64,000 nucleotides of DNA from Candidatus Peregrinibacteria bacterium. GTDB taxonomy: Bacteria; Patescibacteriota; Gracilibacteria; UBA1369; UBA12473. The position numbers and the translations under genes were made by a program. A model generated the notes under the pieces. That model saw nothing but the letters and a program-made list of their open reading frames with translations. It searched no databases and was not told where the DNA came from. The first letter of the stretch is position 1; each line of letters begins with the position of its first letter. Where the stretch lies: positions 9,104 to 73,103 of the forward strand of contig JABJMC010000022.1 in NCBI GenBank assembly GCA_018659585.1. The letters are read 5' to 3'. Positions 1 through 10,017 of the stretch are shown piece by piece.

Positions 1-2
1 CA

Positions 3-569
3 ATTACCATAAGGGCGGAGATCTCTTATCGCAAAATTTTATTGCTACCTTTAGTAATTTTTATTATAGGACAATCATTTTTTATGTTTATGATGCATCC
101 CTCTTGGTCTACAGGGGCTGAACCATTTGATTTTGATTTAAGTAAACCAATTATTGAAACAATAGATAGAAATATTAGAAGCTTTGAAGCTAACGGCTTG
201 CCTGAAATAGCAAACTATATAAATGAAAACGGAACAGATAAAAACGCGCTACTTGTTAATAGTGATATTGCACATATTGCTTATCGTTTACCTTGTAGAG
301 TAGATAATTTTAGCCATTTAGTAATGAGAACACCTTTATTAAAACAAATGGATGAGTTTCTTGAATATTTAAGTTGGGCCGGAATTGATTATATTATTTA
401 TCCTACCGACTATATTGATAATCCGTGTAGTGATAGTAGTAGCTGTTATATAGAAGGTGAATATGATTTAATTCAATCCTTAATCAATAATGAGGAAGTT
501 TTAATGATAGAAGATAGAAATTTCCATCTTCTTGATATATCTCCTCTTAATAATGATTTTAATTTTTAA
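3..569 (+). CDS. 3' part of a membrane-associated protein of the glycan cluster (5'-truncated by window)
   Basis: Frame is open from position 3; hydrophobic segment then soluble tail; no family recognised. Confidence 0.55.
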   Translation: MTIRAEISYRKILLLPLVIFIIGQSFFMFMMHPSWSTGAEPFDFDLSKPIIETIDRNIRSFEANGLPEIANYINENGTDKNALLVNSDIAHIAYRLPCRVDNFSHLVMRTPLLKQMDEFLEYLSWAGIDYIIYPTDYIDNPCSDSSSCYIEGEYDLIQSLINNEEVLMIEDRNFHLLDISPLNNDFNF

Positions 570-1083
570 GTGTTCTTTTTTTAATAACTTTGGCTGGGAC
601 ACCTGCGGCAATTGTATAAGGAGGGATATTTTTTGACACCACTGAACCAGCACCAATAATAGCTCCTTCGCCAATGGTTACTCCTCCTAATATGATGCTT
701 TTACCACCAATCCAAACGTATTTCTCGATAGTAACAGTTTTACCAACTACCGGCAGATTTAGGTAATTATGATCATGACCCCCAGCAAATATAGTAACAT
801 CTGGTCCAATGGCAACATGATCTTTAATAATGATTTCCACGTTTTTTACTTGTTGGATTGGGAAAAATTTTGAGCCTCGATTAACAGAGACATGACTGCC
901 AATTTGAATTTTTGATGGATAGCGGAAATAGGTTCGGTAATCGATAAATGTTTTTTTGCCTAGTTTTTTAAATAATAATTTAAAAACCAAATTTCTAAAA
1001 AATGGCGGGCTGATTTCTAAGAAAAGAAACAGAATATTATATAGATATGAATAAGCTAAAAAAAACCTTTTTTTGATGGTCAT
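559..1083 (-). CDS. Hexapeptide-repeat (LbH) sugar O-acetyltransferase
   Basis: VTIEKYVWIGGKSIILGGVTIGEGAIIGAGSVV...AAGVPAKVIK hexapeptide signature. Confidence 0.9.
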   Translation of the reverse strand: MTIKKRFFLAYSYLYNILFLFLEISPPFFRNLVFKLLFKKLGKKTFIDYRTYFRYPSKIQIGSHVSVNRGSKFFPIQQVKNVEIIIKDHVAIGPDVTIFAGGHDHNYLNLPVVGKTVTIEKYVWIGGKSIILGGVTIGEGAIIGAGSVVSKNIPPYTIAAGVPAKVIKKRTLKN

Positions 1084-1155
1084 ATAAAAATATTTTTACT
1101 TATGGTGTATTATAGCTTTTGTTAGTTTTGATAAGCAAATACTAATAAATGACTT

Positions 1156-2085
1156 ATGAAAAAAATTTCAGTAGTAATACCTGTTTATAACAGTGAGAAG
1201 ATTGTGGGGACAACTGCAAAAAATGTAGTTAGTTTTTTTGAAAATCAAAATTTAGACTATGAAATTATTTTAATTAATGATCATAGTCCAGATGGTAGTT
1301 GGAAGATCGTGAAGGAGTTGGCGCAAAAATATCCACATATCATTGCTATTAATTTGCTTAAAAATTATGGGCAGCATAATGCGATTTTTTGTGGTTTTTG
1401 CCATGCGACCGGAGATTACGTGGTAACCATGGATGATGATATGCAAAACCCTCCAGAGGAAATAATTCATTTACTAAACAAAGCAAAAGAGGGTCATGAT
1501 GTAGTTTTTGGAAAATTTAGAAAGAAAAAACACAGCTTAAAGAGAAGATTAGGTACAAAAATTATTGGTTATCTTAATTTTAAAATTTTTAATAAACCCA
1601 AAAATATTACGTTAACCAATTTTCGTTTAATCCGACGCGATGTAATTGAAAGGGTGATTAATTATCAGACGGCTTTCCCGTATATTCCAGGATTAGTTTT
1701 AATGTTTTCGCATAATGTGGGCAACGTGATGGTGGAGCATCGAGCGCGTGAAATTGGAAAATCTAATTATAGTCTATTTAAAATTTCAAAATTGGTGGGA
1801 GCACTATTGTTTAATTATTCTTCTTATCCCATTAAACTTTTTACCGCGGCCGGTTTTGTTGTGTCTTTGGTGAGTTTTCTTTTAGGACTTCGGTTTTTAA
1901 TATTTGGGTTGATATTTGGCTCTTCTGTGCCAGGTTGGACAACAGTGGTGGTGTTGGTTTCTTTTTTGGGTGGTTTTATTATTTTGATGTTAGGAATGAT
2001 AGGCGAGTATTTAGCGCGAGTTTTAAATCAAGTTACTTCAAACAAAGGCTTTATTGTAAAAGAGATAATTAATAACGATGACTAA
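1156..2085 (+). CDS. GT2 polyprenol-phosphate glycosyltransferase (GtrB/ArnC-like)
   Basis: ISVVIPVYN, INDHSPDGS, NYGQHNA, MDDDMQNPPEEI; two C-terminal TM helices. Confidence 0.9.
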   Translation: MKKISVVIPVYNSEKIVGTTAKNVVSFFENQNLDYEIILINDHSPDGSWKIVKELAQKYPHIIAINLLKNYGQHNAIFCGFCHATGDYVVTMDDDMQNPPEEIIHLLNKAKEGHDVVFGKFRKKKHSLKRRLGTKIIGYLNFKIFNKPKNITLTNFRLIRRDVIERVINYQTAFPYIPGLVLMFSHNVGNVMVEHRAREIGKSNYSLFKISKLVGALLFNYSSYPIKLFTAAGFVVSLVSFLLGLRFLIFGLIFGSSVPGWTTVVVLVSFLGGFIILMLGMIGEYLARVLNQVTSNKGFIVKEIINNDD

Positions 2086-2818
2086 TAATCATTTTTTTAT
2101 TGTAGGCGCACAACGGAGCGGTACTACTTACTTATATAGTGTTTTGGATGAGCATTCGGAAATACTTATGGCTAAACCTGTTAAACCAGAGCCTAAATTT
2201 TTTCTTTCTGAGGATTACAACAAAGGAATTGATTTTTATGAAAATAAATATTTTAGCAAAATTGAAAGTGATGTTAAAACCCTGGGTGAAAAAAGCACTA
2301 GCTATTATGAGAGTGAAGTAGTCCCGGATAGGATCAAGAATTATTTTCCAGAAGCTAAAATAATTTTTATATTAAGAGATCCAATACAACGAGCACTTTC
2401 AAATTACTACTTTAGTGTGAATAACGGTCTTGAAAAAAGAACAATTAGTGAAGTCTTTTTAGAAAAAATCCCACCAGAAACATATCCTGACCATATTTCA
2501 ACTGACCCATTTAATTATTTAGGGCGCGGTGAATATATGAAGTTTATTAAAAAGTATTTGGATTGTTTTGGTGAAAAAAATGTAAAAATTCTAATTTTTG
2601 AAAGACTAATAGGAAACATTAATCAGGTGCAGGGATTATATGAATACTTGGAAGTGGATAGAAATTTTGAACCAACTTTACTAGGTCAAAAAACAAATAC
2701 TGGAAAAGATAAAGAGGTTGTTAGTGAGAAAGTTCTAAAGAAGTTAAAGAATTATTTTCAACCTTACAATAAAACTTTGAAAGAATATTTAGGTGATAAC
2801 TTAACTGAGTGGCTATGA
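2078..2818 (+). CDS. PAPS-dependent sulfotransferase
   Basis: 5'-PSB loop IVGAQRSGTTYLY, KPEPKFF, GEKSTSY, 3'-PB ILRDPIQRALSNY. Confidence 0.9.
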   Translation: MTNNHFFIVGAQRSGTTYLYSVLDEHSEILMAKPVKPEPKFFLSEDYNKGIDFYENKYFSKIESDVKTLGEKSTSYYESEVVPDRIKNYFPEAKIIFILRDPIQRALSNYYFSVNNGLEKRTISEVFLEKIPPETYPDHISTDPFNYLGRGEYMKFIKKYLDCFGEKNVKILIFERLIGNINQVQGLYEYLEVDRNFEPTLLGQKTNTGKDKEVVSEKVLKKLKNYFQPYNKTLKEYLGDNLTEWL

Positions 2819-3168
2819 TTAAGTTTTTTTTAGTTTTTTTTACGGTTTTATTACAAGTGTTATCAGCATTAATTGTTGATCATGCATCTTCTTTGGGTGA
2901 GACTTTAACTTTAATGGCAGGTGTTTTAATTGGCTTAGCTTTTTTGGTGAATGCTTTAAAGTTTGTGGGATGGGGAGTAATTCATAAAAGATTTGATTTA
3001 AGTAAAAGTTACCCCATCACAGCGGTATTTTTCCCTTTAATTTATGGGGTAGCACTTTTTAAAGGAGAGGCAGAAATTGAGTTTGCTAAAATTATAGGAA
3101 TAATTTTTATAATCATTGGAGTGATTCTTATTCAAAAAAAGGTTAATAATAAAAAAATTAATATATGA
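2815..3168 (+). CDS. SMR/EamA-like small membrane protein (ArnE/ArnF-like flippase subunit)
   Basis: About 117 aa, 4 TM, DLSKSYPI motif; ATGA overlap with upstream stop. Confidence 0.7.
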   Translation: MIKFFLVFFTVLLQVLSALIVDHASSLGETLTLMAGVLIGLAFLVNALKFVGWGVIHKRFDLSKSYPITAVFFPLIYGVALFKGEAEIEFAKIIGIIFIIIGVILIQKKVNNKKINI

Positions 3169-3488
3169 CTTTGTCTTTAGTCTTTTTAGGTTTAGCAATT
3201 ATGTTCACAGTATTGGGGCAATTCTTTTACAAAAAATATTTTTTGACTAAGAATATAACTTTAGTAGGAATTTCATTGTTTTGTTTTGTTTTAGTCCCTT
3301 ATTGTAGTTATAGAGCATTAATAAATCTTCCTATAGACGTAGTATATGTTTCAACAGCTTTATCTATTATTTTGGCGGTAGCTTTGGCGGTGATATTTTT
3401 GAAAGAAAAATTAACCAAGCAAGAAGTGTATGGAATGGCGGCTATTATAGTTGGTATTTTGCTGTATAATTTCGGTGCTTTTATATAG
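3165..3488 (+). CDS. SMR/EamA-like small membrane protein (ArnE/ArnF-like flippase subunit)
   Basis: 107 aa, 4 TM, LGQFFYK, IFLKEKL..G..IIVG; translationally coupled to previous gene. Confidence 0.75.
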   Translation: MTLSLVFLGLAIMFTVLGQFFYKKYFLTKNITLVGISLFCFVLVPYCSYRALINLPIDVVYVSTALSIILAVALAVIFLKEKLTKQEVYGMAAIIVGILLYNFGAFI

Positions 3489-3494
3489 AATTAA

Positions 3495-4622
3495 ATGATT
3501 AAATTTAATAGGCCAGTAATTTTAGGATCTGAGGGGGATTATTTACAACGGGCTTTTGATAATGGAAAACTTACCGGAGATGGACCCTTTAATGAGGAAT
3601 GTGGCCAATGGTTTGAGGATAATTTTGGTTGTGCAAAGGCTTTGCTTGCTACTTCTTGTACAGCTGCGCTCGAAATGGCAGCAATTCTGTGTAATATTCA
3701 GCCCGGGGATGAGGTGATTATGCCTTCTTATACTTTTGTTTCAACGGCGAATGCTTTTGTGTTGCGTGGAGCTAAAATTGTATTTGTCGATGTGCGACCG
3801 GATACTATGAATATCGATGAAAATTTAATTGAAGCCGCGATTACTGATAAAACAAAGGCGATCGCACCAGTACATTATGCCGGCGTCGCGTGTGAGATGG
3901 ATCGAATTATGGAAATTGCACGTGAGCATAATTTAAAAGTGATCGAAGATGCCGCCCAGGGCATGATGGCTAAATACAAAGGTAAATGGCTGGGGACGAT
4001 TGGAGATATTGGCTGTTATAGTTTCCATGAAACTAAAAACTATACTTGTGGTGAGGGAGGAGCGATTTTGTTAAATGATGAGGCCTTGGTTGAACGAGCA
4101 GAAATAATTCGCGAAAAAGGAACTAATCGTTCTAAATTTTTCCGCGGACAAGTAGATAAATATACTTGGGTGGATGTTGGGTCTAGTTATTTACCAAGCG
4201 AATTAAATGCTGCTTATCTAATACCTCAGTTAAAAAAAGCTCAAGCGATTAACGAAGATCGTCTCAAAAGTTGGGAATTGTATTTTGAATTATTAAGTCC
4301 GCTGGCTGAAGCGAGCAAAGTTGAATTGCCAGTTATTCCAGAAGGTTGTGAGCACAATGCCCACATGTTTTATCTGAAAGTGAAGGATTTGCAAGAAAGA
4401 ACAGCCCTACTAAAACATTTACGTGAACACGAAATTGGAGCTGTTTTTCATTATATCCCATTGCATTCTTCGACAGCGGGGCAGGAATTTGGGGTTTTCT
4501 ATGGAGAAGATAGATATACCACCAAAGATAGTGAACGACTTTTTCGTTTGCCTATGTATTATGGTTTAGCTGAGAAGGATATTAAGACTGTAGTCCAGGC
4601 AATTGAAGCTTTCTATTTGTAG
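3495..4622 (+). CDS. wecE: dTDP-4-amino-4,6-dideoxygalactose transaminase (DegT/DnrJ family)
   Basis: SCTAALEMAA, PSYTFVSTANAF, SFHETKN (PLP Lys), GTNRSKFFRGQVDKYTWVDVGSSYLPSE. Confidence 0.92.
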   Translation: MIKFNRPVILGSEGDYLQRAFDNGKLTGDGPFNEECGQWFEDNFGCAKALLATSCTAALEMAAILCNIQPGDEVIMPSYTFVSTANAFVLRGAKIVFVDVRPDTMNIDENLIEAAITDKTKAIAPVHYAGVACEMDRIMEIAREHNLKVIEDAAQGMMAKYKGKWLGTIGDIGCYSFHETKNYTCGEGGAILLNDEALVERAEIIREKGTNRSKFFRGQVDKYTWVDVGSSYLPSELNAAYLIPQLKKAQAINEDRLKSWELYFELLSPLAEASKVELPVIPEGCEHNAHMFYLKVKDLQERTALLKHLREHEIGAVFHYIPLHSSTAGQEFGVFYGEDRYTTKDSERLFRLPMYYGLAEKDIKTVVQAIEAFYL

Positions 4623-5361
4623 CCAGTATTCCTAAGCGATTGCGGGGCTCTTCTTGATTATAGACGAGTGGCACACCGTTAACACCAGTTATCTCTCCTC
4701 CAGCCTCTTTAAGGATAATTTCTAGGGCACAACTGTCCCACTCCCCCATTCTATCAGTTGGATTGACGAAAAAGTCGGCTTCACCAGCCGCTATTTTACC
4801 AATTTTAATACCATTGCTGCCACATTTAACCATTTGGGAGATGCCAACCTTATTTAAAATGGCGAGAGTCTCGTCGCTTAGGTGATTGCGGCTAATAATA
4901 GCTCTAGCTTCGCTTAAATTAGTTATATTTGAAACTTGAAGTTTTGTTTCTTTATCTCCTTCAACAAGATATGAACCCTGGTCCTTAATCCCGTAATACA
5001 ATTTATCTTGAGCGGGCTGATAAACAATCCCTAACACCGGCACATTATCTTCTAACAATCCAACCATTATCGAAAACTCATCTGTTTTTTGAATAAAATC
5101 CATCGTTCCATCCAATGGATCCACCACCCAAACTTTTTTTGCAGTCAATCGTGAATGATCATCCTTACTTTCTTCAGAAAGAATCGGATATCCATATTTC
5201 TCCAAATGATTACAAATCATTTCATTCGCCAATAAATCCGCTTTTGTAACCGGTGATCTATCTTTTTTTTCTTGAATACCATGATCTTCGTCATAGATTT
5301 TCATTATCTCCTCGCCAGCCTGCCTAACAACCGGGATTATTTCATCCAAAAGCTTTTTCAT
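4582..5361 (-). CDS. cysQ: 3'(2'),5'-bisphosphate nucleotidase (PAP phosphatase)
   Basis: SPVTKAD, ILSEE, WVVDPLDGT, EWDSCA motifs; adjacent to sulfotransferases. Confidence 0.88.
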   Translation of the reverse strand: MKKLLDEIIPVVRQAGEEIMKIYDEDHGIQEKKDRSPVTKADLLANEMICNHLEKYGYPILSEESKDDHSRLTAKKVWVVDPLDGTMDFIQKTDEFSIMVGLLEDNVPVLGIVYQPAQDKLYYGIKDQGSYLVEGDKETKLQVSNITNLSEARAIISRNHLSDETLAILNKVGISQMVKCGSNGIKIGKIAAGEADFFVNPTDRMGEWDSCALEIILKEAGGEITGVNGVPLVYNQEEPRNRLGILATNRKLQLPGLQS

Positions 5362-5432
5362 GCTCACATTCTATGGGATATTGATAATAATCGCTAGATG
5401 TGGAAGAATCCTTGTGCCTAATCCATGTTCTT

Positions 5433-6101
5433 ATGCCTATATCGCACGACAAAAAGTTTATTTTTATACACCTAGTAAAAACCGCTGGTGACAGTATTGA
5501 AAAAACTTTGGACCTTCAAAAAGACAATGAACTTTATGGATTTGAAGATAAAGAAGGAACTTATTACAAAAACATAGGTGGAATGCTTTTAAGCTCTATC
5601 CGAGGATTAGACGGTGAAATGACTTGCTTACAACATTTACCAGCCATCGAAATCAAAAAACGTTATCCAAAAAAATGGGATTCCTATTTTAAGTTTGGCT
5701 TTGTCCGAAATCCCTGGGATGTAGTTGTTTCTTTATATAGCTACATCACTCAAAGCCGAAAAGACCTACACAAAATATGGGAAATAGATGAATCAACCTC
5801 TTTTCACGATTTTGTTATGAATGCTAAAGTCGGTTATTTCCCACAATTTATGTTTTTATGTCCGCAATGCGATTTTTTAATGGATAAAAGCAATAAACCT
5901 ATTGTCGATTTTATAGGAAGATTCGAGAACCTAGAAAATGACTTTCAAAAAGTTTGTGAAAAAATAGAAGTTACCGCTGAATTAAGAAAAACCAACAGCT
6001 CTAAACATAAACCCTACCAAGATTATTACGACGAAAAAACCAAGGTAAAAGTTGCTGATATTTTTGCCAAAGATATAGAGTATTTTAAATATAAATTCTA
6101 A
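5433..6101 (+). CDS. Sulfotransferase family 2 (HNK-1/chondroitin ST-like)
   Basis: FIFIHLVKTAGDS, FGFVRNPWDVVVSLYSY, DFIGRFENLENDF, DIEYFKYKF. Confidence 0.85.
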   Translation: MPISHDKKFIFIHLVKTAGDSIEKTLDLQKDNELYGFEDKEGTYYKNIGGMLLSSIRGLDGEMTCLQHLPAIEIKKRYPKKWDSYFKFGFVRNPWDVVVSLYSYITQSRKDLHKIWEIDESTSFHDFVMNAKVGYFPQFMFLCPQCDFLMDKSNKPIVDFIGRFENLENDFQKVCEKIEVTAELRKTNSSKHKPYQDYYDEKTKVKVADIFAKDIEYFKYKF

Positions 6102-6111
6102 CCTTTACACC

Positions 6112-9100
6112 GTGAATTCTTCTGATGAAGAAAAAAATATTGTCACTCAATTAAAAGCTGAACTTGCCGAAAAAACCAAATGGGCCTTTGCCTTAACTGA
6201 TGCCGTAGAAGCTCAAAAGGAAACCGGTGATAAATTAATATTTGAATTAGAAGAAAGAACCAAATGGGCCCAAGGCCTTGACCAAACGGTTGAAGAAAAA
6301 AACAAACTTATTAAAGATCTTCAAAAAGAATCTCAAGAACGAACTGAGTGGGCTCAAAAAATTGATAAAGAACTCACTAGAGAGAGAAAAGAAATTCAAA
6401 CTCTTAAATCTTCACTTCAAGAAAAGGAAGACTCCATCCAAAAACTACAAGCAAACCTTCAAGAAAGAGAAGACTCCATCCAAAAACTACAAGCAAACCT
6501 TCAAGAAAGAGAAGACTCCATCCAAAAACTACAAGCAAACCTTCAAGAAAGAGAAGACTCCATTCAAAAGCTACAAGCAAACCTTCAAGAAAGAGAAGAT
6601 TCTATCCAAAAACTACAAGCAAACCTTCAAGAAAGAGAAGACTCCATTCAAAAACTACAAGCAAACCTTCAAGAAAGAGAAGACTCCATTCAAAAACTAC
6701 AAGCAAACCTTCAAGAAAAAGAAGACTCCATTCAAAAACTACAAGCAAACCTTCAAGAAAGAGAAGACTCCATCCAAAAACTGCAAGCAAATCTCCAAGA
6801 AAGAGAAGACTCCATTCAAAAACTACAAGCAAGCCTTCAAGAAAAGGAAGACTTCATAAATAGGCTAAATTTCATCATTCAAGACCACGAAAACACTATC
6901 AACATTATCTTAAACTCCCGTAGTTATAAGTTAGGATATCTACTTATTCAACCATTAAGAATCCTAATCCCACCACGAAGCAAAAGAAGACTGCTCTGTA
7001 AAATGTTTTTAGGAGCCCTTAGAAATCCAATTAAATTCTTTAAAACTTTACGTCTAAAAAACATAAAGAAATTTTTAAGCGCCTCCAAAAAAGACGGTTA
7101 CGACATTTTAATTAAAAAATTCGACGATCATCTAAACCAACGAAACTTATCAGCTAAAAAATCTGGAGCTACCCCTGAAAGCATTAGCCTTTTCGACGAT
7201 AATTTAGACACCACTAAAACAATTAAATTCAAAAAACATAAAAATCCTTTGGTTTCTATTATTATTCCTGTTTATAACGCCTGGGATTACAACTACCGCT
7301 GCTTATTGTCTATTTTTGAAAACACTCACCCAGATATCTCCTACGAAATTATTATTGCTGATGATTGTTCCTCAGACACCACCAAAGATATTAAAAAACA
7401 CATTAAAAACATTAAAGTTGCGCGCCCTGAAGAAAACCTAGGCTTCTTAAAAAACTGTAATAACGCTGCTAAACAAGCCGTCGGAAAATACGTCTTCTTC
7501 CTTAATAATGATACTCAAGTCCAAAAAAACTGGCTTAAATCACTTGTGGATTTAATTGAAAGTGACAAATCAATCGGTATGGTTGGATCTAAACTAGTAT
7601 ACCCAGACGGAAGACTACAAGAGGCTGGAGGAATAATTTGGCAAGATGCCTCAGGGTGGAATTATGGCCGCCTAAACGACCCCAGCAACCCCGAATATAA
7701 CTATTTAAAAGAAGCCGACTACATCTCTGGCGCGGCCATTATGTTAAGCAAAAAACTATGGGATGAAATTGGAGGATTTGACGAAAGATACGTCCCTGCT
7801 TATTTCGAAGACAGTGATTTAGCCTTTGAAGTAAGAAAACACGACTTTAAAGTTGTATATCAACCACAATCAGTGGTGGTGCATTTCGAAGGAATTTCAC
7901 ACGGGACCGACGAAAATTCTGGCTTAAAAAAATACCAAGCAATTAACAAAGAAAAATTCATTGAAAAATGGAGAGAAACTTTAGAAAAAGAACACTTTGA
8001 AAACGGCCAAGACGTTTTTTGGGCCAGAGACAAAACTAAAGACAAGAAAACTATTCTAATTATTGACCATTACGTCCCACATTTTGACAAAGACGCTGGA
8101 TCCAGAACCATTTATCAATACATCGAATTATTTGTAAAACTCGGTTATAACGTTAAATTTTTGGGTGATAATTTTTATAAACACGAACCATACACTGAAC
8201 TACTTCAACAAATGGGAGTCGAAGTTCTTTATGGCGTTTGGTACTTAAAACACTGGCAAGACTGGATCAAAGAAAATTCCGCACAACTTGATTTTGTATA
8301 CCTACACCGAGGCCATATTGCCTCTAAATACGTTGATTTTATTAAAGAAAACACTGCTGCCAAAATTGTTTATAACGCCGTTGATTTTTCATTTTTAAGA
8401 GAATTAAGACAATACGCCATAACCAAAGATCCCCAATATCTTCGCCAGGCCAACCAAAGCAAAACACGAGAAATGAATATTTTTAATTTAAGTGACGTTA
8501 TTATTACGATAAGCGAACATGAAAAAGCCGTCCTAAAACAACAGCTCCCTCATAAACAAATCACTGTTATTCCTACCTTTATTTATGATGAAGAATTTCC
8601 GCTTAGCAAGAATAACAATTTCAATTCCAGAACGGATATCACTTTTGTTGGTGGTTTTAAACACGAACCAAATGAAGATGGAATACTATGGTTTTTAGAA
8701 AAAATATATCCAATTCTTCAAAAAACCATTCCCAAAACCAGAATCAATATCATTGGATCTGGTCCCACTGAAAAAATTCTTAAATTCCAATCTGATTTAA
8801 TAAATGTGACTGGTTTTGTTTCGGATGAAGAGCTAAAAGAATACTACTCCAAAACTCGAGTTATTATTGCCCCACTTCGATTTGGAGCCGGTGTTAAAGG
8901 TAAAATCATCGAAGCTATTGCCGAAGGAATTCCCACTGTAACCACAGTTGTTGGTGCCGAAGGAATTCCAGAAAGCAAAAATATTCTAAAAATAACTAAC
9001 AGTGAAGAAAAATTCGCTTCAAAAATCCTTAGCATTTATCAAGACAAAAAAACCTGGGAACAAATTAGAAACGATGAAATAAATTATTCCAATAAACTAT

Positions 9101-9144
9101 TAAGTGCCTCTTACGCCCAAAAAATAATCAAAAAAATCTTCTAA
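6112..9144 (+). CDS. Coiled-coil + GT2 + GT4-like multidomain glycosyltransferase
   Basis: N-terminal heptad repeats; VSIIIPVYN/IADDCSSD/FLNNDT (GT2); FVGGFKHEPN and APLRFGAGVKGKIIEA (GT4-like). Confidence 0.9.
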   Translation: MNSSDEEKNIVTQLKAELAEKTKWAFALTDAVEAQKETGDKLIFELEERTKWAQGLDQTVEEKNKLIKDLQKESQERTEWAQKIDKELTRERKEIQTLKSSLQEKEDSIQKLQANLQEREDSIQKLQANLQEREDSIQKLQANLQEREDSIQKLQANLQEREDSIQKLQANLQEREDSIQKLQANLQEREDSIQKLQANLQEKEDSIQKLQANLQEREDSIQKLQANLQEREDSIQKLQASLQEKEDFINRLNFIIQDHENTINIILNSRSYKLGYLLIQPLRILIPPRSKRRLLCKMFLGALRNPIKFFKTLRLKNIKKFLSASKKDGYDILIKKFDDHLNQRNLSAKKSGATPESISLFDDNLDTTKTIKFKKHKNPLVSIIIPVYNAWDYNYRCLLSIFENTHPDISYEIIIADDCSSDTTKDIKKHIKNIKVARPEENLGFLKNCNNAAKQAVGKYVFFLNNDTQVQKNWLKSLVDLIESDKSIGMVGSKLVYPDGRLQEAGGIIWQDASGWNYGRLNDPSNPEYNYLKEADYISGAAIMLSKKLWDEIGGFDERYVPAYFEDSDLAFEVRKHDFKVVYQPQSVVVHFEGISHGTDENSGLKKYQAINKEKFIEKWRETLEKEHFENGQDVFWARDKTKDKKTILIIDHYVPHFDKDAGSRTIYQYIELFVKLGYNVKFLGDNFYKHEPYTELLQQMGVEVLYGVWYLKHWQDWIKENSAQLDFVYLHRGHIASKYVDFIKENTAAKIVYNAVDFSFLRELRQYAITKDPQYLRQANQSKTREMNIFNLSDVIITISEHEKAVLKQQLPHKQITVIPTFIYDEEFPLSKNNNFNSRTDITFVGGFKHEPNEDGILWFLEKIYPILQKTIPKTRINIIGSGPTEKILKFQSDLINVTGFVSDEELKEYYSKTRVIIAPLRFGAGVKGKIIEAIAEGIPTVTTVVGAEGIPESKNILKITNSEEKFASKILSIYQDKKTWEQIRNDEINYSNKLLSASYAQKIIKKIF
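6415..6853 (+). repeat. 42-bp tandem repeat, about 10.4 copies, encoding LQE(R/K)EDSIQKLQAN
   Basis: Unit cttcaagaaagagaagactccatccaaaaactacaagcaaac; cttcaa starts at 6415 and 6835 are 420 bp apart. Confidence 0.97.
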
Positions 9145-9147
9145 CTT

Positions 9148-9993
9148 ATGAAAATTTTTGTAATTGGCAAAAACGGATTCATTGCCCAAAAAATTCTTCA
9201 TGAATTTCAAAATAAATACAACCTAATCCCAACCTCATCTCAAGCAGAAAAAGATGTTGTTTTTTTAGATCTCCAAACTCCAGAAAATTTCGATTATGAC
9301 CTGATTAATAAAGATGATTTTGTTATCCACTTAGCCGCCATCTCCTCCCCCGACGCCTGCGAACAAAACTATGAAACTGCTTATCAAATCAATGTTAAGG
9401 GTGCACAATTTTTCCTTAAAAAATGTTTAGAAAAAAACGCTAAAGTTTTATTCTTTTCTTCGGATGTTGTTTATGGAAACAGCGAAAACTGTTTTGACGA
9501 AAATTCCACCTGTGAACCATTTGGGGTATACGCCGAAATGAAACATGAAACTGAACAAGCACTTCTTGCCGAACCAAATGCCAAAATATTTAGACTTTCA
9601 TATGTTTTTGCAAAAAACGATAAATTCACTAATTACTTAAAAAACTGCGCGGAAAAAAACGAAGCCGCAGAACTTTTCCATCCTTTTTTTAGAAATGCAG
9701 TCTACCTTCAAGACCTAGTAGACGCCATCGAAGCTCTTATTAAAAACTTCGACCAGTTCGACAACAAAATCTTCAACATCTCCGGCCCTGAACTCCTATC
9801 ACGAAAAGATCTTGCCCAAATTTACCAAACCTACATTAACCAAAATTTAAAATTCAACATCGTTACCCCAGAAGAAAATTTCTTCAAAAAACGTCCAAAA
9901 AGCATCAAACTCAAATCCTTATACTTAAACAAACTCTTAGATCGCGAACCATTAGCTATTGAAAAGGCCATGCAGCTCGAGTTTAATAAGTAA
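9148..9993 (+). CDS. wcbJ: NAD(P)-dependent reductase, GDP-4-keto-6-deoxy-heptose reductase-like (WcbJ/DmhB)
   Basis: Extended SDR: IGKNGFIA, AAISSPDAC, FFSSDVVYG, YAEMK, RLSYVF; resembles Burkholderia WcbJ from memory; context. Confidence 0.7.
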   Translation: MKIFVIGKNGFIAQKILHEFQNKYNLIPTSSQAEKDVVFLDLQTPENFDYDLINKDDFVIHLAAISSPDACEQNYETAYQINVKGAQFFLKKCLEKNAKVLFFSSDVVYGNSENCFDENSTCEPFGVYAEMKHETEQALLAEPNAKIFRLSYVFAKNDKFTNYLKNCAEKNEAAELFHPFFRNAVYLQDLVDAIEALIKNFDQFDNKIFNISGPELLSRKDLAQIYQTYINQNLKFNIVTPEENFFKKRPKSIKLKSLYLNKLLDREPLAIEKAMQLEFNK

Positions 9994-10017
9994 GGACCTA
10001 CTATCTAATTAATTACT

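Noticed and set aside
6415..6853. CRISPR array
   Set aside because: Head-to-tail 42-bp units with no unique spacers, in frame within a CDS; no cas genes
6278..6859. 193-aa Lys-rich and 76-aa antisense repeat ORFs
   Set aside because: Alternative-frame products of the 42-bp repeat
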